Source: Acutalibacteraceae bacterium (GTDB lineage: Bacteria; Bacillota; Clostridia; Oscillospirales; Acutalibacteraceae). From it: 64,000 nt of DNA. The position numbers and the translations under genes are program-made. A model generated the notes under the pieces. That model saw only the letters and a list, made by a program, of their open reading frames with translations, had not been told where the DNA came from and ran no database searches. Location of the stretch: positions 1,433 through 65,432 of the forward strand of contig JAZNOZ010000004.1 in the NCBI GenBank assembly GCA_045589395.1. Direction: 5' to 3'. Within the stretch, counting starts at the first letter, position 1; every line of letters begins with the position of its first letter. This document shows, piece by piece, positions 9,111 through 17,965 of this stretch.

Positions 9111-11060
9111 TTATTCTACCGTAATTCTGACTTCACCGTTTGAAATTACCGTAAGAGTCAGAGTTTTTGCGCTTTCGTTCCATTCAGTTTTCATTTCAGC
9201 GCCGTTGGTACCTGATGCAGTAACAGTCGGCTGTGTTTCGTAGCCTGTAAGCTCAATAACAGATGTTCTGAAATTTTTAGGATCGCTTCGTTTTTCACCG
9301 AAGATATATTTTCTTAAAAATTCATCTTCACTTTCAAGACCTGCACATATCTCATCGGTATCAAGCCTGAGATTGCACATCTCAATATCGAGCTTATCGC
9401 CGTTTTCCTTGAAAATAGCATAGGTGTGAGCCACAAGTGTTGTGTTAAGCTCAATTTTGCTGTCGGGGAGAGTGTATTGTACGGTCTGTTCACTGTTTAT
9501 GGTTATGTTTTCATTGCTGTTGAAAACATAAATATAGTCATTAATGTCAAACAGAACTCCGTCGCCGCAATATGTCTGTTCGTACATTTTGTTGAAAAAT
9601 GCTTTCTTGATGGGATTTATAAACAAGCCGCACAGCCAATAGTTAAGATCATTTATAATAATACTGTCGGGCAGAACCTCTTTTGCGTCTGAGTGTATGG
9701 GCAGAATGGGGATAACAAAATATCTGCCTGTTGACGGTACCCAGTCCTTTGTGCAGTCAAAGTACGGATTTTTAAAATCAATAAGTTCCTGATATAAATT
9801 AAAGGAATCGCAGTAAAGCCCCTGCAGAATATGTGCATCGTTGCCTCTTACCGCATAGGTTGCAGGGATATTCATTTTGAACGCAACCTTGATTTTTTCT
9901 TTTACCTGCTCTTTGTCGGGGACAGAGCCGTTGAGAATCATCTGATAGAAGGGATAAAGTATTTCAGAAGCGGTGGGTGAAAAACAAACCTCTCCGTTTA
10001 TGTACTGATAAATACCGCCTCTGCCTATTGTGCCTTCGATAGCATAAACTGTTGCACCTGCAACCATATCTGCAATCATATCTATGCCGTAAAGTGCAGG
10101 AGGATATTTTGCGGTGTATGCGAAATCAGGCTCGTTGGGTGCAACGCCTACATTGTCATATTCAAGGAAGCCCTCTTCATACCAGAGGAAATTTTCAAGA
10201 TTTACACCCCAGTTGCCGCAAACACCGTCAAGCCAGCAGCCGAGAATGTTTGACTGACTTGAAAAATGTCTGCCGTGACCGTTGTGCTTATCCATAATAA
10301 TTATATTTTCACTGTTTTCCTTCATCAGGTCATAAAGCTCCTTATCCTGAAGCAGGAAATTTACATAACAGGTCTTTTTCCAATAGATATACTCCATATC
10401 CTGCCAGATGAAAAGTCCGCCGTTTTCCGCACATGCTTTAATGCATGACTTCATTCTCGCAAGTATGTTTTTATTTACACCGTTATCTTCAGTAACAGTG
10501 TCGTATGCAAGCTTTTCGTTTGTTACACCGTTTGTTGAAAGCTCAACCTGTACAAAGCCGATAAGTGTTTTATGTCTTTTAAAAAGGTCGGAAAGCTCCT
10601 CCTGAGTAAAGGGATCTCGTTTCTTGTTTGTGCTGAAGCATTCTGACTGAAGCACAACAGGAACATTATATTCATCGGTAATTGTAAGCAGATCATCCCA
10701 GAAATCCAGCTGCTGTTGAGGAGTAAAATATGTTGTGCCCTCATCAATATAAATAACCGTGAAGTTTCTCATGTCCTCGGGCAGGGCATAATATGTTTTT
10801 ATTGCAAGCTCGGCATAAGCCTCGCCCGTTGAGGGACAGCCCCAATTCGGACAGTTTCTCATCATAAATAACGGATTTTCTTCATCAACATACATACGAA
10901 GTCCGTCAACCTGTTTTCTTGTTCTGATTTCTGTTGTTTCGGAAACTATCGGTGAAAGCTGTGAAAAACCTTGGCTATCGTTTTTTTCAAGGGCAATTAC
11001 TTCACAGGGAATGAGAATAAGATTGAGTAGTGCCAAGATAATACTGAGTGCCTTTTTCAT
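9111..11060 (-). CDS. secreted protein of unknown function (possibly glycoside-hydrolase-like)
   Basis: Start moved to ATG 11060, which gives the signal peptide MKKALSIILALLNLILIPCEV and an AGGAGG RBS 8 nt upstream. The ORF-track start 11171 adds 37 implausible residues. The function was not recognised. Confidence 0.65.
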   Translation of the reverse strand: MKKALSIILALLNLILIPCEVIALEKNDSQGFSQLSPIVSETTEIRTRKQVDGLRMYVDEENPLFMMRNCPNWGCPSTGEAYAELAIKTYYALPEDMRNFTVIYIDEGTTYFTPQQQLDFWDDLLTITDEYNVPVVLQSECFSTNKKRDPFTQEELSDLFKRHKTLIGFVQVELSTNGVTNEKLAYDTVTEDNGVNKNILARMKSCIKACAENGGLFIWQDMEYIYWKKTCYVNFLLQDKELYDLMKENSENIIIMDKHNGHGRHFSSQSNILGCWLDGVCGNWGVNLENFLWYEEGFLEYDNVGVAPNEPDFAYTAKYPPALYGIDMIADMVAGATVYAIEGTIGRGGIYQYINGEVCFSPTASEILYPFYQMILNGSVPDKEQVKEKIKVAFKMNIPATYAVRGNDAHILQGLYCDSFNLYQELIDFKNPYFDCTKDWVPSTGRYFVIPILPIHSDAKEVLPDSIIINDLNYWLCGLFINPIKKAFFNKMYEQTYCGDGVLFDINDYIYVFNSNENITINSEQTVQYTLPDSKIELNTTLVAHTYAIFKENGDKLDIEMCNLRLDTDEICAGLESEDEFLRKYIFGEKRSDPKNFRTSVIELTGYETQPTVTASGTNGAEMKTEWNESAKTLTLTVISNGEVRITVE

Positions 11061-11182
11061 TATAAAACCTCCTGAATGTGCAGTAGTGTTTTTATGGTGA
11101 AAAACTTTTGCTGAAAATATTATACAATTGTTTTTGTTCGCTTGCAATGTTTTTATGTAAATTCTGCACATTTATATATATA

Positions 11183-11248
11183 CAAGAAACACCAATCCCT
11201 CTCCAAGATTGGGGGTAGGGGGTTGATAAACCATAAGATTTTTTCTTA
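11183..11248 (+). repeat. dispersed ~65-bp repeat, copy A (hairpin CCAAGATTGG core)
   Basis: caagaaacacc..ccaagattgggggtaggggg-ttgataaaccataagattttttctta. The reverse complement of 58692-58752 matches it apart from a few substitutions and indels. Confidence 0.8.
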
Positions 11249-11309
11249 TAAGAAAAGCTTTGTGAACAGTCGATAGATTAAAGCTTTTGTTGTATAAGCA
11301 AAATTCCGT

Positions 11310-11352
11310 AAAAAAAGACTTACACATCCGAAAATATGATGTGTAAGTCTTT
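11310..11352 (-). terminator. Rho-independent terminator of the CapA-LRR gene
   Basis: Minus-strand stem aagacttacacat / atgtgtaagtctt followed by a T7 run. Confidence 0.8.
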
Positions 11353-11382
11353 GTCATATTATAATTCAGTAGGGAAAATTAA

Positions 11383-13266
11383 TTATTCCTCATCATCATC
11401 GTCATCAGCTTCTGCTGCAACAGCCTGAGCTGTTAAGGGCATATATTTTACGGGGATTTTATGAGCTTCTGCATAAGAATCGGCAGCTGAACCCTTTTCA
11501 CAGTATATAGTAAGCTTTTCGCAACCGGAGAAAGCATTTTCACCGATTTGGGTTACTTTCGGGGGAATTTTGATGCTGAGAAGACTTGAGCAGTTAAGGA
11601 ATGCTTCAGCACCGATTGACTGTGCATTCTTGGGTAAAATGATACCTGTAAGGCTTGTACAGCCTGCAAAGGCTCTGTTTCCTACAGTCTTCAGCCACTT
11701 GAAGATTCTGATGCTCTCCAGTGCTGTGAAATCACAGAATGCTTCATCTTCTATACTGTGTACAGATTTGCCGAGGTAAATAAGACGGGTAGTGGTATTT
11801 TTTACACCGCCTGCTGAAACCTTGCGCACGGGAAGCTTTCCAAGCTTTCTGGGAAGAGTTACAATTTCACCTGTTCTGCCGAATAAAACCAATTCAGCGT
11901 GGTTTTTTTCAAGCTTATAAAGACACTTTTTCTCAACAAGGTAGGAATCCTTATTCTCAACAAGCTCCTGAGGCATTTTAACAGCAGAAACGGTGTGTTC
12001 TTCTGTTTCATTTATATCGAGAGCTTCAAGGCGGGCAGGAAGAGCTTCCTTTTCCATTGAACGGATACTAATGAATGCATCGGGACTTACGGGGAAGTCC
12101 ATGCGGATTCTTGAAGATTTACAGTTAAGTCTTTTGAGTACACGATCGCTTGTTTTAGCAACAAGGCGTTCCTGTGAATCAGTAATCCCCATCTGCATTG
12201 AAACGGGAACTACGGTGTAGGGAATACCTTTGTAGTTTTTAAGAATTTTGCAAGGGATGAATTCTATATTTGTTTCGATTGAATTTTCAGTGCGGGTTAA
12301 CTGCACATGACACAGTGCTGTGTATTCGGTACCTTTCTTTTTTGAATTGGGAACTGACATAAGGTCGCCCAATGAAAAGGCAACGGGCTTGCCGTTAACC
12401 AGATTGAAATGCTGTAAGATATGGCTGTGTGAGCCAAGCACAAGGTCAAAGCCGAGAAGAGAGAGAGTTCTTGCAGTTTCAATCTGATTGTCTGTGAGCT
12501 CTTCTTCATATTCTTTACCCCAGAAGGGAAGACAGATTGTGTATTCTGCACCGTTTTTAATCATCTGTGTGCGGATTTCTGCAGCTGCATCAAAGGAGAA
12601 GGGATTAAGCAATGCAGCCTTGCCTTCTGCTGTCAGATTGCGGCGCATATTGTTATAGTTGCCGCCGAAAGCAGTAATGCCGACTTTAAAACCGCAGATG
12701 TCTATGATAACAAATTTGTCTGCTTCCTTTTCGCTTGTGCCGGTCTGAATTATGCCGAAATTACGGATATTTTCAATGGTTTCAAAAAGTCCTCTGACAC
12801 CAGTATCAAGGCAGTGGTTACCTTCGGTTGTCAGCATATCGAAGCCTGCTTCGGAGAGAGCTTCAAGGTATGAAACGGGGGCATTATAGTAACGGGGACC
12901 TTCGTGAGATAATATTTCACCCTGATAGGGAGCAGTGTGAGAAACAGGAGTTCTTAAGTTTGCTGCTGCAAAATCAGCAGATTGAAGAAGAGGCTTGATG
13001 TATTCAAAGCAAAGAGAGAAATCGTAGCCTCCGTCCTTCTTTCTGCAGGCATTTATGAGATCTTCCTGACAAAGCAGGTCACCGCCGAAAAGAAGCGATA
13101 CGGAATTTTTGCCGCTCAGTTTTGATGTATACATATTGGTGTTTTCTGCACCGGAATAACGGCGAAGCTTTGTGTGAGAAGCAAAGTCGATGTTTGTGCT
13201 TGCTCTGTCGCGCAATTCGTAGCTGGGAGCTTTGTACTCAAGCTTGTCAATCTGAGAATAATTCAT
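11383..13266 (-). CDS. CapA/PGA_cap-family protein fused to BspA-type leucine-rich repeats, with an acidic tail
   Basis: 627 aa. The N-terminal half has CapA-like features ('GGDLLCQEDL', 'TTEGNHCLDTG', 'GSHSH'). The C-terminal part carries ~23-aa LRR_5-type repeats ('IEDEAFCDFTALESIRI','VGNRAFAGCTSLTGIIL','IGAEAFLNCSSLLSIKI','IGENAFSGCEKLTIY'). It ends in AEADDDDDEE. No N-terminal signal peptide is visible. Confidence 0.8.
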   Translation of the reverse strand: MNYSQIDKLEYKAPSYELRDRASTNIDFASHTKLRRYSGAENTNMYTSKLSGKNSVSLLFGGDLLCQEDLINACRKKDGGYDFSLCFEYIKPLLQSADFAAANLRTPVSHTAPYQGEILSHEGPRYYNAPVSYLEALSEAGFDMLTTEGNHCLDTGVRGLFETIENIRNFGIIQTGTSEKEADKFVIIDICGFKVGITAFGGNYNNMRRNLTAEGKAALLNPFSFDAAAEIRTQMIKNGAEYTICLPFWGKEYEEELTDNQIETARTLSLLGFDLVLGSHSHILQHFNLVNGKPVAFSLGDLMSVPNSKKKGTEYTALCHVQLTRTENSIETNIEFIPCKILKNYKGIPYTVVPVSMQMGITDSQERLVAKTSDRVLKRLNCKSSRIRMDFPVSPDAFISIRSMEKEALPARLEALDINETEEHTVSAVKMPQELVENKDSYLVEKKCLYKLEKNHAELVLFGRTGEIVTLPRKLGKLPVRKVSAGGVKNTTTRLIYLGKSVHSIEDEAFCDFTALESIRIFKWLKTVGNRAFAGCTSLTGIILPKNAQSIGAEAFLNCSSLLSIKIPPKVTQIGENAFSGCEKLTIYCEKGSAADSYAEAHKIPVKYMPLTAQAVAAEADDDDDEE

Positions 13267-13422
13267 TGACGGGTTCTCCTTTTGTAATTTTTGTTAAAAG
13301 CAATATTTTTAACGCACAAAATATATTTCCGGTACATTATATCAAACTGAAAATGGCATTTCAAGACTTTATTTAAAAAAGAAGCATTAATATAAAAATG
13401 ACACGAATAATGTAAAAATATA

Positions 13423-13451
13423 TTGCACTTTAATTTTGTATGTGATATACT
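13423..13451 (+). promoter_or_regulatory. sigma-A-like promoter for the tandem ATP-grasp gene
   Basis: TTGCAC at 13423-13428, a 17-nt spacer, then TATACT at 13446-13451. It lies in the 250-bp divergent region shared with the CapA-LRR gene. Confidence 0.5.
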
Positions 13452-13516
13452 GTAACGGAAAAAATCAGCTCGGTTGTTATAAAGCATTAAAAAACAAGAA
13501 GTGAAAGGGAATTGTT

Positions 13517-15949
13517 ATGGGTTCCAAAAAGGTTGTTAGAAATGTTAAAAATGCTGTAGTTAATCTGCGTGCCTTCCCCTTGGCTTCTGCCGGTTATGTA
13601 GGTGAGGAAGCAAAAGGTTGGGTCAGAAGTGTATACAGAAATTACCGTAAAGCATTACAAGGCGGCGACTTTTCTGTCGGTCAGGTCAGATGGGCAGTAA
13701 AGCACGGCTTTTTACCCGCTCAGGTTGAAAAGCTCGGTATTACCGAAGAAAAATTAAAGGATACCATATCCGCAAAGGATTATGCTTTTCTTCGTCCTTT
13801 GAACGGAATTTACAGTAAGTGGATTTCAGACTTGGTAACGGTTCATACTATTTTCAAGCCTTTCCGCGATGTAATGCCCAAGTGTTATTTTCAGATAAAT
13901 AAGCGTGACGGCAAAACCCAGATTATCAATCTGCAGGATAAAAACGGCGGCGATACAATTAATGATGTTGTTATGCTTTTGCAGGAAAAAAAGATTCTTA
14001 CCGTAAAGCGTTCAGTCAGCAGAATGAGCTGGCTTCTGACATATGACGGCAGAAATTATTATATAGACGGTGAGAAGCTTCCTTTGGATGATCTCAAAAA
14101 GCGTATAACAAGATTCGGCGGTATCGTTGTTGTCTGTGAAGCAGTAGCCGCTTCAAAGGAATTTGTGGGCGGTAAGCTGAGATTGGTTGTTTTTAATGAG
14201 CACGGAAATAATCCCGTAATCGGTGAGTCATATATCCGTTTCCGCAAGGTTCACAGTCTTCAGAATAATAGGGCATATAAAAATGCAATGTCAGGCATTG
14301 CTCTTGAAAAAAATGAAGAGCTTTTCCGTACAAGCATCAAAGCTAAGAAAGGCACTGTTGATGAAAATATAAACAGTTTAGCAGAAAACAATGTTGAAGA
14401 AGGCTTGACTCAGGAGTTTAACTGGGGTGAACGCAAGGCTATATTCTACACGGTAGACAGAGAAACAGGTGAGTTTAATCTTATTGATTCCTGCAAGGGG
14501 ATGAATGAAATAAACCCGACAACAATGGAAGTTCTTCCGAAAGGCATTCCCTGTTGGCAGGAAATTGTTGATACTATAGAAAGATTATGTCGCTTTGTTC
14601 CTCAGCTTGAATTCTTCGGACTTGAAATTATCCTTACCGATGACGGCTTCAGAATCACAAGAATTATGAACCATCCGGGATATCCCCAACGAATTCCCTT
14701 CAGCAAGGAAACATCTGCTTATCTTAAGAAGAAGATGATTCAGAAGAAGGAATCCTACACACCGGCAAAGATTTTTGCACGCGGATGCCACAAGGCTAAG
14801 CTTCAGATCCGTGCAGGCTTCTGCAGAATGTTCTTCCCCGAAACTCTGCTTCCTTATCTTTCCATCCGTTGGTTCCAGGATCAGTGGAAGGATTTCAAGA
14901 CAAATAAGGATACAACACTCAAGGAAAAGCTCTGGGCTGTTAAACACGGATTTATCTCCTACAGACTTCATCAGTACGGTATAACTGAAGAAAACTGGAA
15001 GAATTATATTTCAGACTTTGAATACAAGTGGCTTCGTCACATCAATCCCAAGTACCGCCATTGGATGGAGGATAAGATAACAGTAAAGTATATCTGTTCC
15101 GAATATAACCATTGCTTCCCCGAATACTATTATCATATAAGTCTTAAGGACGGTAAAAACAAAATTCTTCCTATGATGGACTGTCCTGAAGGATATGACG
15201 GTGTATATGAAGATATTTTCCGTCTTGTAAAGGAAAAGGGCTCACTTGCTCTTAAGCCCGATGAAGGCTCACACGGCAACGGCTTCTTTAAGTTCTCATA
15301 TGACGGCGAAAAATACTATCTTAACCATCAGGAGGCAACCGAACAGCAGGTTCTTGATATTCTTCAGGATGAAAAGAACCAGTATCTTATCACAGAGTAT
15401 ATAGATATGCATCCCGAAATCAAGCGTATTTATGACGGTGCTGTTAATACCATCCGTATGCTTGTGTTCAAAAAGGACGGTAAGAATCCTCAGATCGGTA
15501 ATGCTTATATGCGTTTCGGCTCCACCCGTACAGGTGCTGTTGATAACATGGGTGCCGGCGGTATGTATGCCCGTATTGATGTTGAAACAGGCCGTTTCTA
15601 TGATGCTAAAATAATTGAGGAAAATGAAATCAAATCCTGTCTGTATCATCCCGATACACACGAAAAGATTGACGGTTATCTGCCCAACTGGGAAAAGGTA
15701 AAGCAGGATGTTCTTGATGTTGCAAGAGAAATTCAGCAGCTCGAATGGTTCGGCTTTGACCTTGCAGTAACTCCCGACGGCTTGAAGTTCCCTGAAATCA
15801 ACAGATTCCCCGATTATCCCGCAATCGAGAAGTACAGCCCCGCAACCATTGACTATCTGCTTTATAAGCTTGAGCTTAAGAAGAAGCTCTACGGTTATGA
15901 TAAGAACCGCGGCAACAAGCTGTTCAAGCTTCCCGACAGAAATAAATAA
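13517..15949 (+). CDS. tandem ATP-grasp protein (sugar-transfer-associated ATP-grasp type) with a degenerate N-terminal module
   Basis: 810 aa made of two homologous halves, each opening with 'W(A)VKHGF...YGITEE'. The C-terminal half keeps 'LKPDEGSHGNGF', 'NTIRM', 'DNMGAGGMYARIDVETG', 'HPDT' and 'WFGFDLAV...PEINRFP'. The N-terminal half has lost these motifs. Confidence 0.75.
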   Translation: MGSKKVVRNVKNAVVNLRAFPLASAGYVGEEAKGWVRSVYRNYRKALQGGDFSVGQVRWAVKHGFLPAQVEKLGITEEKLKDTISAKDYAFLRPLNGIYSKWISDLVTVHTIFKPFRDVMPKCYFQINKRDGKTQIINLQDKNGGDTINDVVMLLQEKKILTVKRSVSRMSWLLTYDGRNYYIDGEKLPLDDLKKRITRFGGIVVVCEAVAASKEFVGGKLRLVVFNEHGNNPVIGESYIRFRKVHSLQNNRAYKNAMSGIALEKNEELFRTSIKAKKGTVDENINSLAENNVEEGLTQEFNWGERKAIFYTVDRETGEFNLIDSCKGMNEINPTTMEVLPKGIPCWQEIVDTIERLCRFVPQLEFFGLEIILTDDGFRITRIMNHPGYPQRIPFSKETSAYLKKKMIQKKESYTPAKIFARGCHKAKLQIRAGFCRMFFPETLLPYLSIRWFQDQWKDFKTNKDTTLKEKLWAVKHGFISYRLHQYGITEENWKNYISDFEYKWLRHINPKYRHWMEDKITVKYICSEYNHCFPEYYYHISLKDGKNKILPMMDCPEGYDGVYEDIFRLVKEKGSLALKPDEGSHGNGFFKFSYDGEKYYLNHQEATEQQVLDILQDEKNQYLITEYIDMHPEIKRIYDGAVNTIRMLVFKKDGKNPQIGNAYMRFGSTRTGAVDNMGAGGMYARIDVETGRFYDAKIIEENEIKSCLYHPDTHEKIDGYLPNWEKVKQDVLDVAREIQQLEWFGFDLAVTPDGLKFPEINRFPDYPAIEKYSPATIDYLLYKLELKKKLYGYDKNRGNKLFKLPDRNK

Positions 15950-16010
15950 TTGTATAAAAATCCCCTCTGCTGTTGATTGCAGAGGGGTAAATTTTATTCA
16001 GAACAGTAAT

Positions 16011-16045
16011 AAAAGCGTACCCGACACAGTCGGTACGCTTTTTAT
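16011..16045. terminator. bidirectional terminator between convergent ATP-grasp genes
   Basis: aaaagcgtaccgac-acag-tcggtacgcttttt, with an A-run before and a T-run after. A second hairpin, cccctctgc..gcagagggg, lies at 15962-15987. Confidence 0.8.
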
Positions 16046-16070
16046 AAACTGTTTTTTCAGCTTTCGATTT

Positions 16071-17300
16071 TCACCACAGGTATTTGCGGATAACATCCAT
16101 TGTGCCCTTTTTCAGAGTAAGATAGGGGGATGTGAACAGCATAGGTCCGGGATTGCCGTTCTTTTCGATAAGCATGGGACCTTTTTCGGATATAGCAACA
16201 TCCCAGCCTACATAGCCCTCAATCTTTGTTGTGGTAAGTATATCGTTTATCATCTCACAGGCTTCTTTGAAGTACGGAATCTTTATGCCCTTGAACTTTA
16301 TGCCTGTATCAGGATGCTTTTTGAAGAACAAGCCTTCGCCGTCTGCCGCATCTGTAATAATTGTTCCTGTTGCAAGGTCAATATTTGCAACCATACCGCC
16401 GCTGTGGAAATTGTCTACATGCTTACCCACTCTGCCGATTCTGAGAGAAGCGTAGATAATATCATGGTCCTTGCCGTCTGCAGTTACTTTTTTTCTGTTG
16501 GATGAAACTGTAGCGAAGCGGATTGTGTTTACAGATGTGGGACACAGTCTGCACAATTCAGGATGCTGGATAAGGTATTCTTCAATAATAGCATCAGGAA
16601 GACTTACAAGCTTATCAAAAACTTCTCCTATGCTGTTATCATCAAAGGGGAAAACTTCAACACCGTGACCGCCTGAACCTGTTATGGGTTTATAAATTAC
16701 TTTATTTTTACCCTTGAAACGGGCAATGAAATCTTCCTTTGTAATGTCTTTGTTATAACACCATTCACGGTTAAACCATTGTCCGAAATCTTTGCTGTTA
16801 GTCAATTTTGTGCGTATGGGAGCACCTAATTCTCTGGGAGGATTGTATCTGTCACGCAGCATTTTTGTGTGTCTGCTGAGAAAGAGTTCCTTCTGCATAT
16901 GTGCGCTCAGCTCATACATATGATAGAAATAATATTCACTCCAATAGGCACCTGTGCGTTTTTTACATTCTTCATATTTTTCCAACGCCTGCTCATATGA
17001 CCAGCCTGTAGCATGGATAACCTTTGCCATATATTGCAGCTGATATCTTTCCTTTTCGAGCTTTTGATCGGCTCTTTTTTGGACAATGGCAACATATTTT
17101 GCGCCCTTTACATCAATCGGAACCTTCCAGAATGAATATGTATAATAATCATCGAAGGGGATACCGTATTTTTTTCTGTCGGTTTCCATTTTGGCGGAAG
17201 CCTGTTCAAAGCTCCAACCGGTTTTCTTCATAACCGCCTGAATATATTTGTTTTCGGTTTCAGAGTACTTGTTATTTTGTGTTTCCATAGCTTTATACAT
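16071..17300 (-). CDS. ATP-grasp ligase (ATPgrasp_ST-like) with a duplicated N-terminal helical motif
   Basis: 409 aa with 'IYKPITGSGGHGVEVF', 'NTIRFATV', 'DNFHSGGMVANIDLATG', 'HPDTG' and 'WDVAISEKGPMLIEKNGNPG'. The N-terminus has two 'TGWS(F/Y)EQA' repeats. Confidence 0.75.
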   Translation of the reverse strand: MYKAMETQNNKYSETENKYIQAVMKKTGWSFEQASAKMETDRKKYGIPFDDYYTYSFWKVPIDVKGAKYVAIVQKRADQKLEKERYQLQYMAKVIHATGWSYEQALEKYEECKKRTGAYWSEYYFYHMYELSAHMQKELFLSRHTKMLRDRYNPPRELGAPIRTKLTNSKDFGQWFNREWCYNKDITKEDFIARFKGKNKVIYKPITGSGGHGVEVFPFDDNSIGEVFDKLVSLPDAIIEEYLIQHPELCRLCPTSVNTIRFATVSSNRKKVTADGKDHDIIYASLRIGRVGKHVDNFHSGGMVANIDLATGTIITDAADGEGLFFKKHPDTGIKFKGIKIPYFKEACEMINDILTTTKIEGYVGWDVAISEKGPMLIEKNGNPGPMLFTSPYLTLKKGTMDVIRKYLW

Positions 17301-17322
17301 CTCTTTTTAATTGTAATAATTT

Positions 17323-17925
17323 TCAGTTTTCGTGCTGTTCATTCTGGTATTCAAGTAAATCCGAGGGAGCATTGAAATCTCTGGTGTCATCCTCAATGAC
17401 AATATAGTTTTTGCCTATTTCACGGGATTCTATCGGTAAGCCCTGCATTGAGTGATAAACCTCCCATCCGATACATTCCTTTAATTCGTTTTTCAGGAAT
17501 AATTCACGGACACGGTTCAGATGGCTTTTGAAAAACACATCATCTGCAATTTTTATTGCAAATATCTTTTTTGTGCTTCCGAAGGTAAGCACTGTATCTG
17601 TTTTATGCTCTATAATACAGCGCATTGCATTTTCCGAGTACAGAACATCACCGTAAAGGAAACAGACATCGGGCTCGATTAATTCAACCGTAAATCTGTC
17701 AATTTCAAGAACATTGTTCTGCGGCTCATAGCGGGTAGCACCCTCAACCTGAAGCTGAGGATTATGAGAGGTGATATAAATTTTTGCAGAATCATCAAGA
17801 GAGTGAATAAGGTCGCAGGTTCTTTCTAAAAGCGTCTTGGAGCCTATCTGAATCTGACACTTTTCTATACCCTGAAAGTGCTTCCAGCGCTGTCCCTTGC
17901 CGTCTGCCATAATTATATATTTCAT
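17323..17925 (-). CDS. small nucleotidyltransferase-like protein (MobA/LicC-like NTP-transferase fold)
   Basis: 200 aa. The N-terminal 'MKYIIMADGKGQRW' resembles the (L/I)xxAxGxGxR nucleotide-binding signature. The start of the next gene lies 22 nt downstream. Confidence 0.55.
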   Translation of the reverse strand: MKYIIMADGKGQRWKHFQGIEKCQIQIGSKTLLERTCDLIHSLDDSAKIYITSHNPQLQVEGATRYEPQNNVLEIDRFTVELIEPDVCFLYGDVLYSENAMRCIIEHKTDTVLTFGSTKKIFAIKIADDVFFKSHLNRVRELFLKNELKECIGWEVYHSMQGLPIESREIGKNYIVIEDDTRDFNAPSDLLEYQNEQHEN

Positions 17926-17965
17926 AAATATCTCATCCTAATTTTGCTTTTTCTTATAACAGAGC

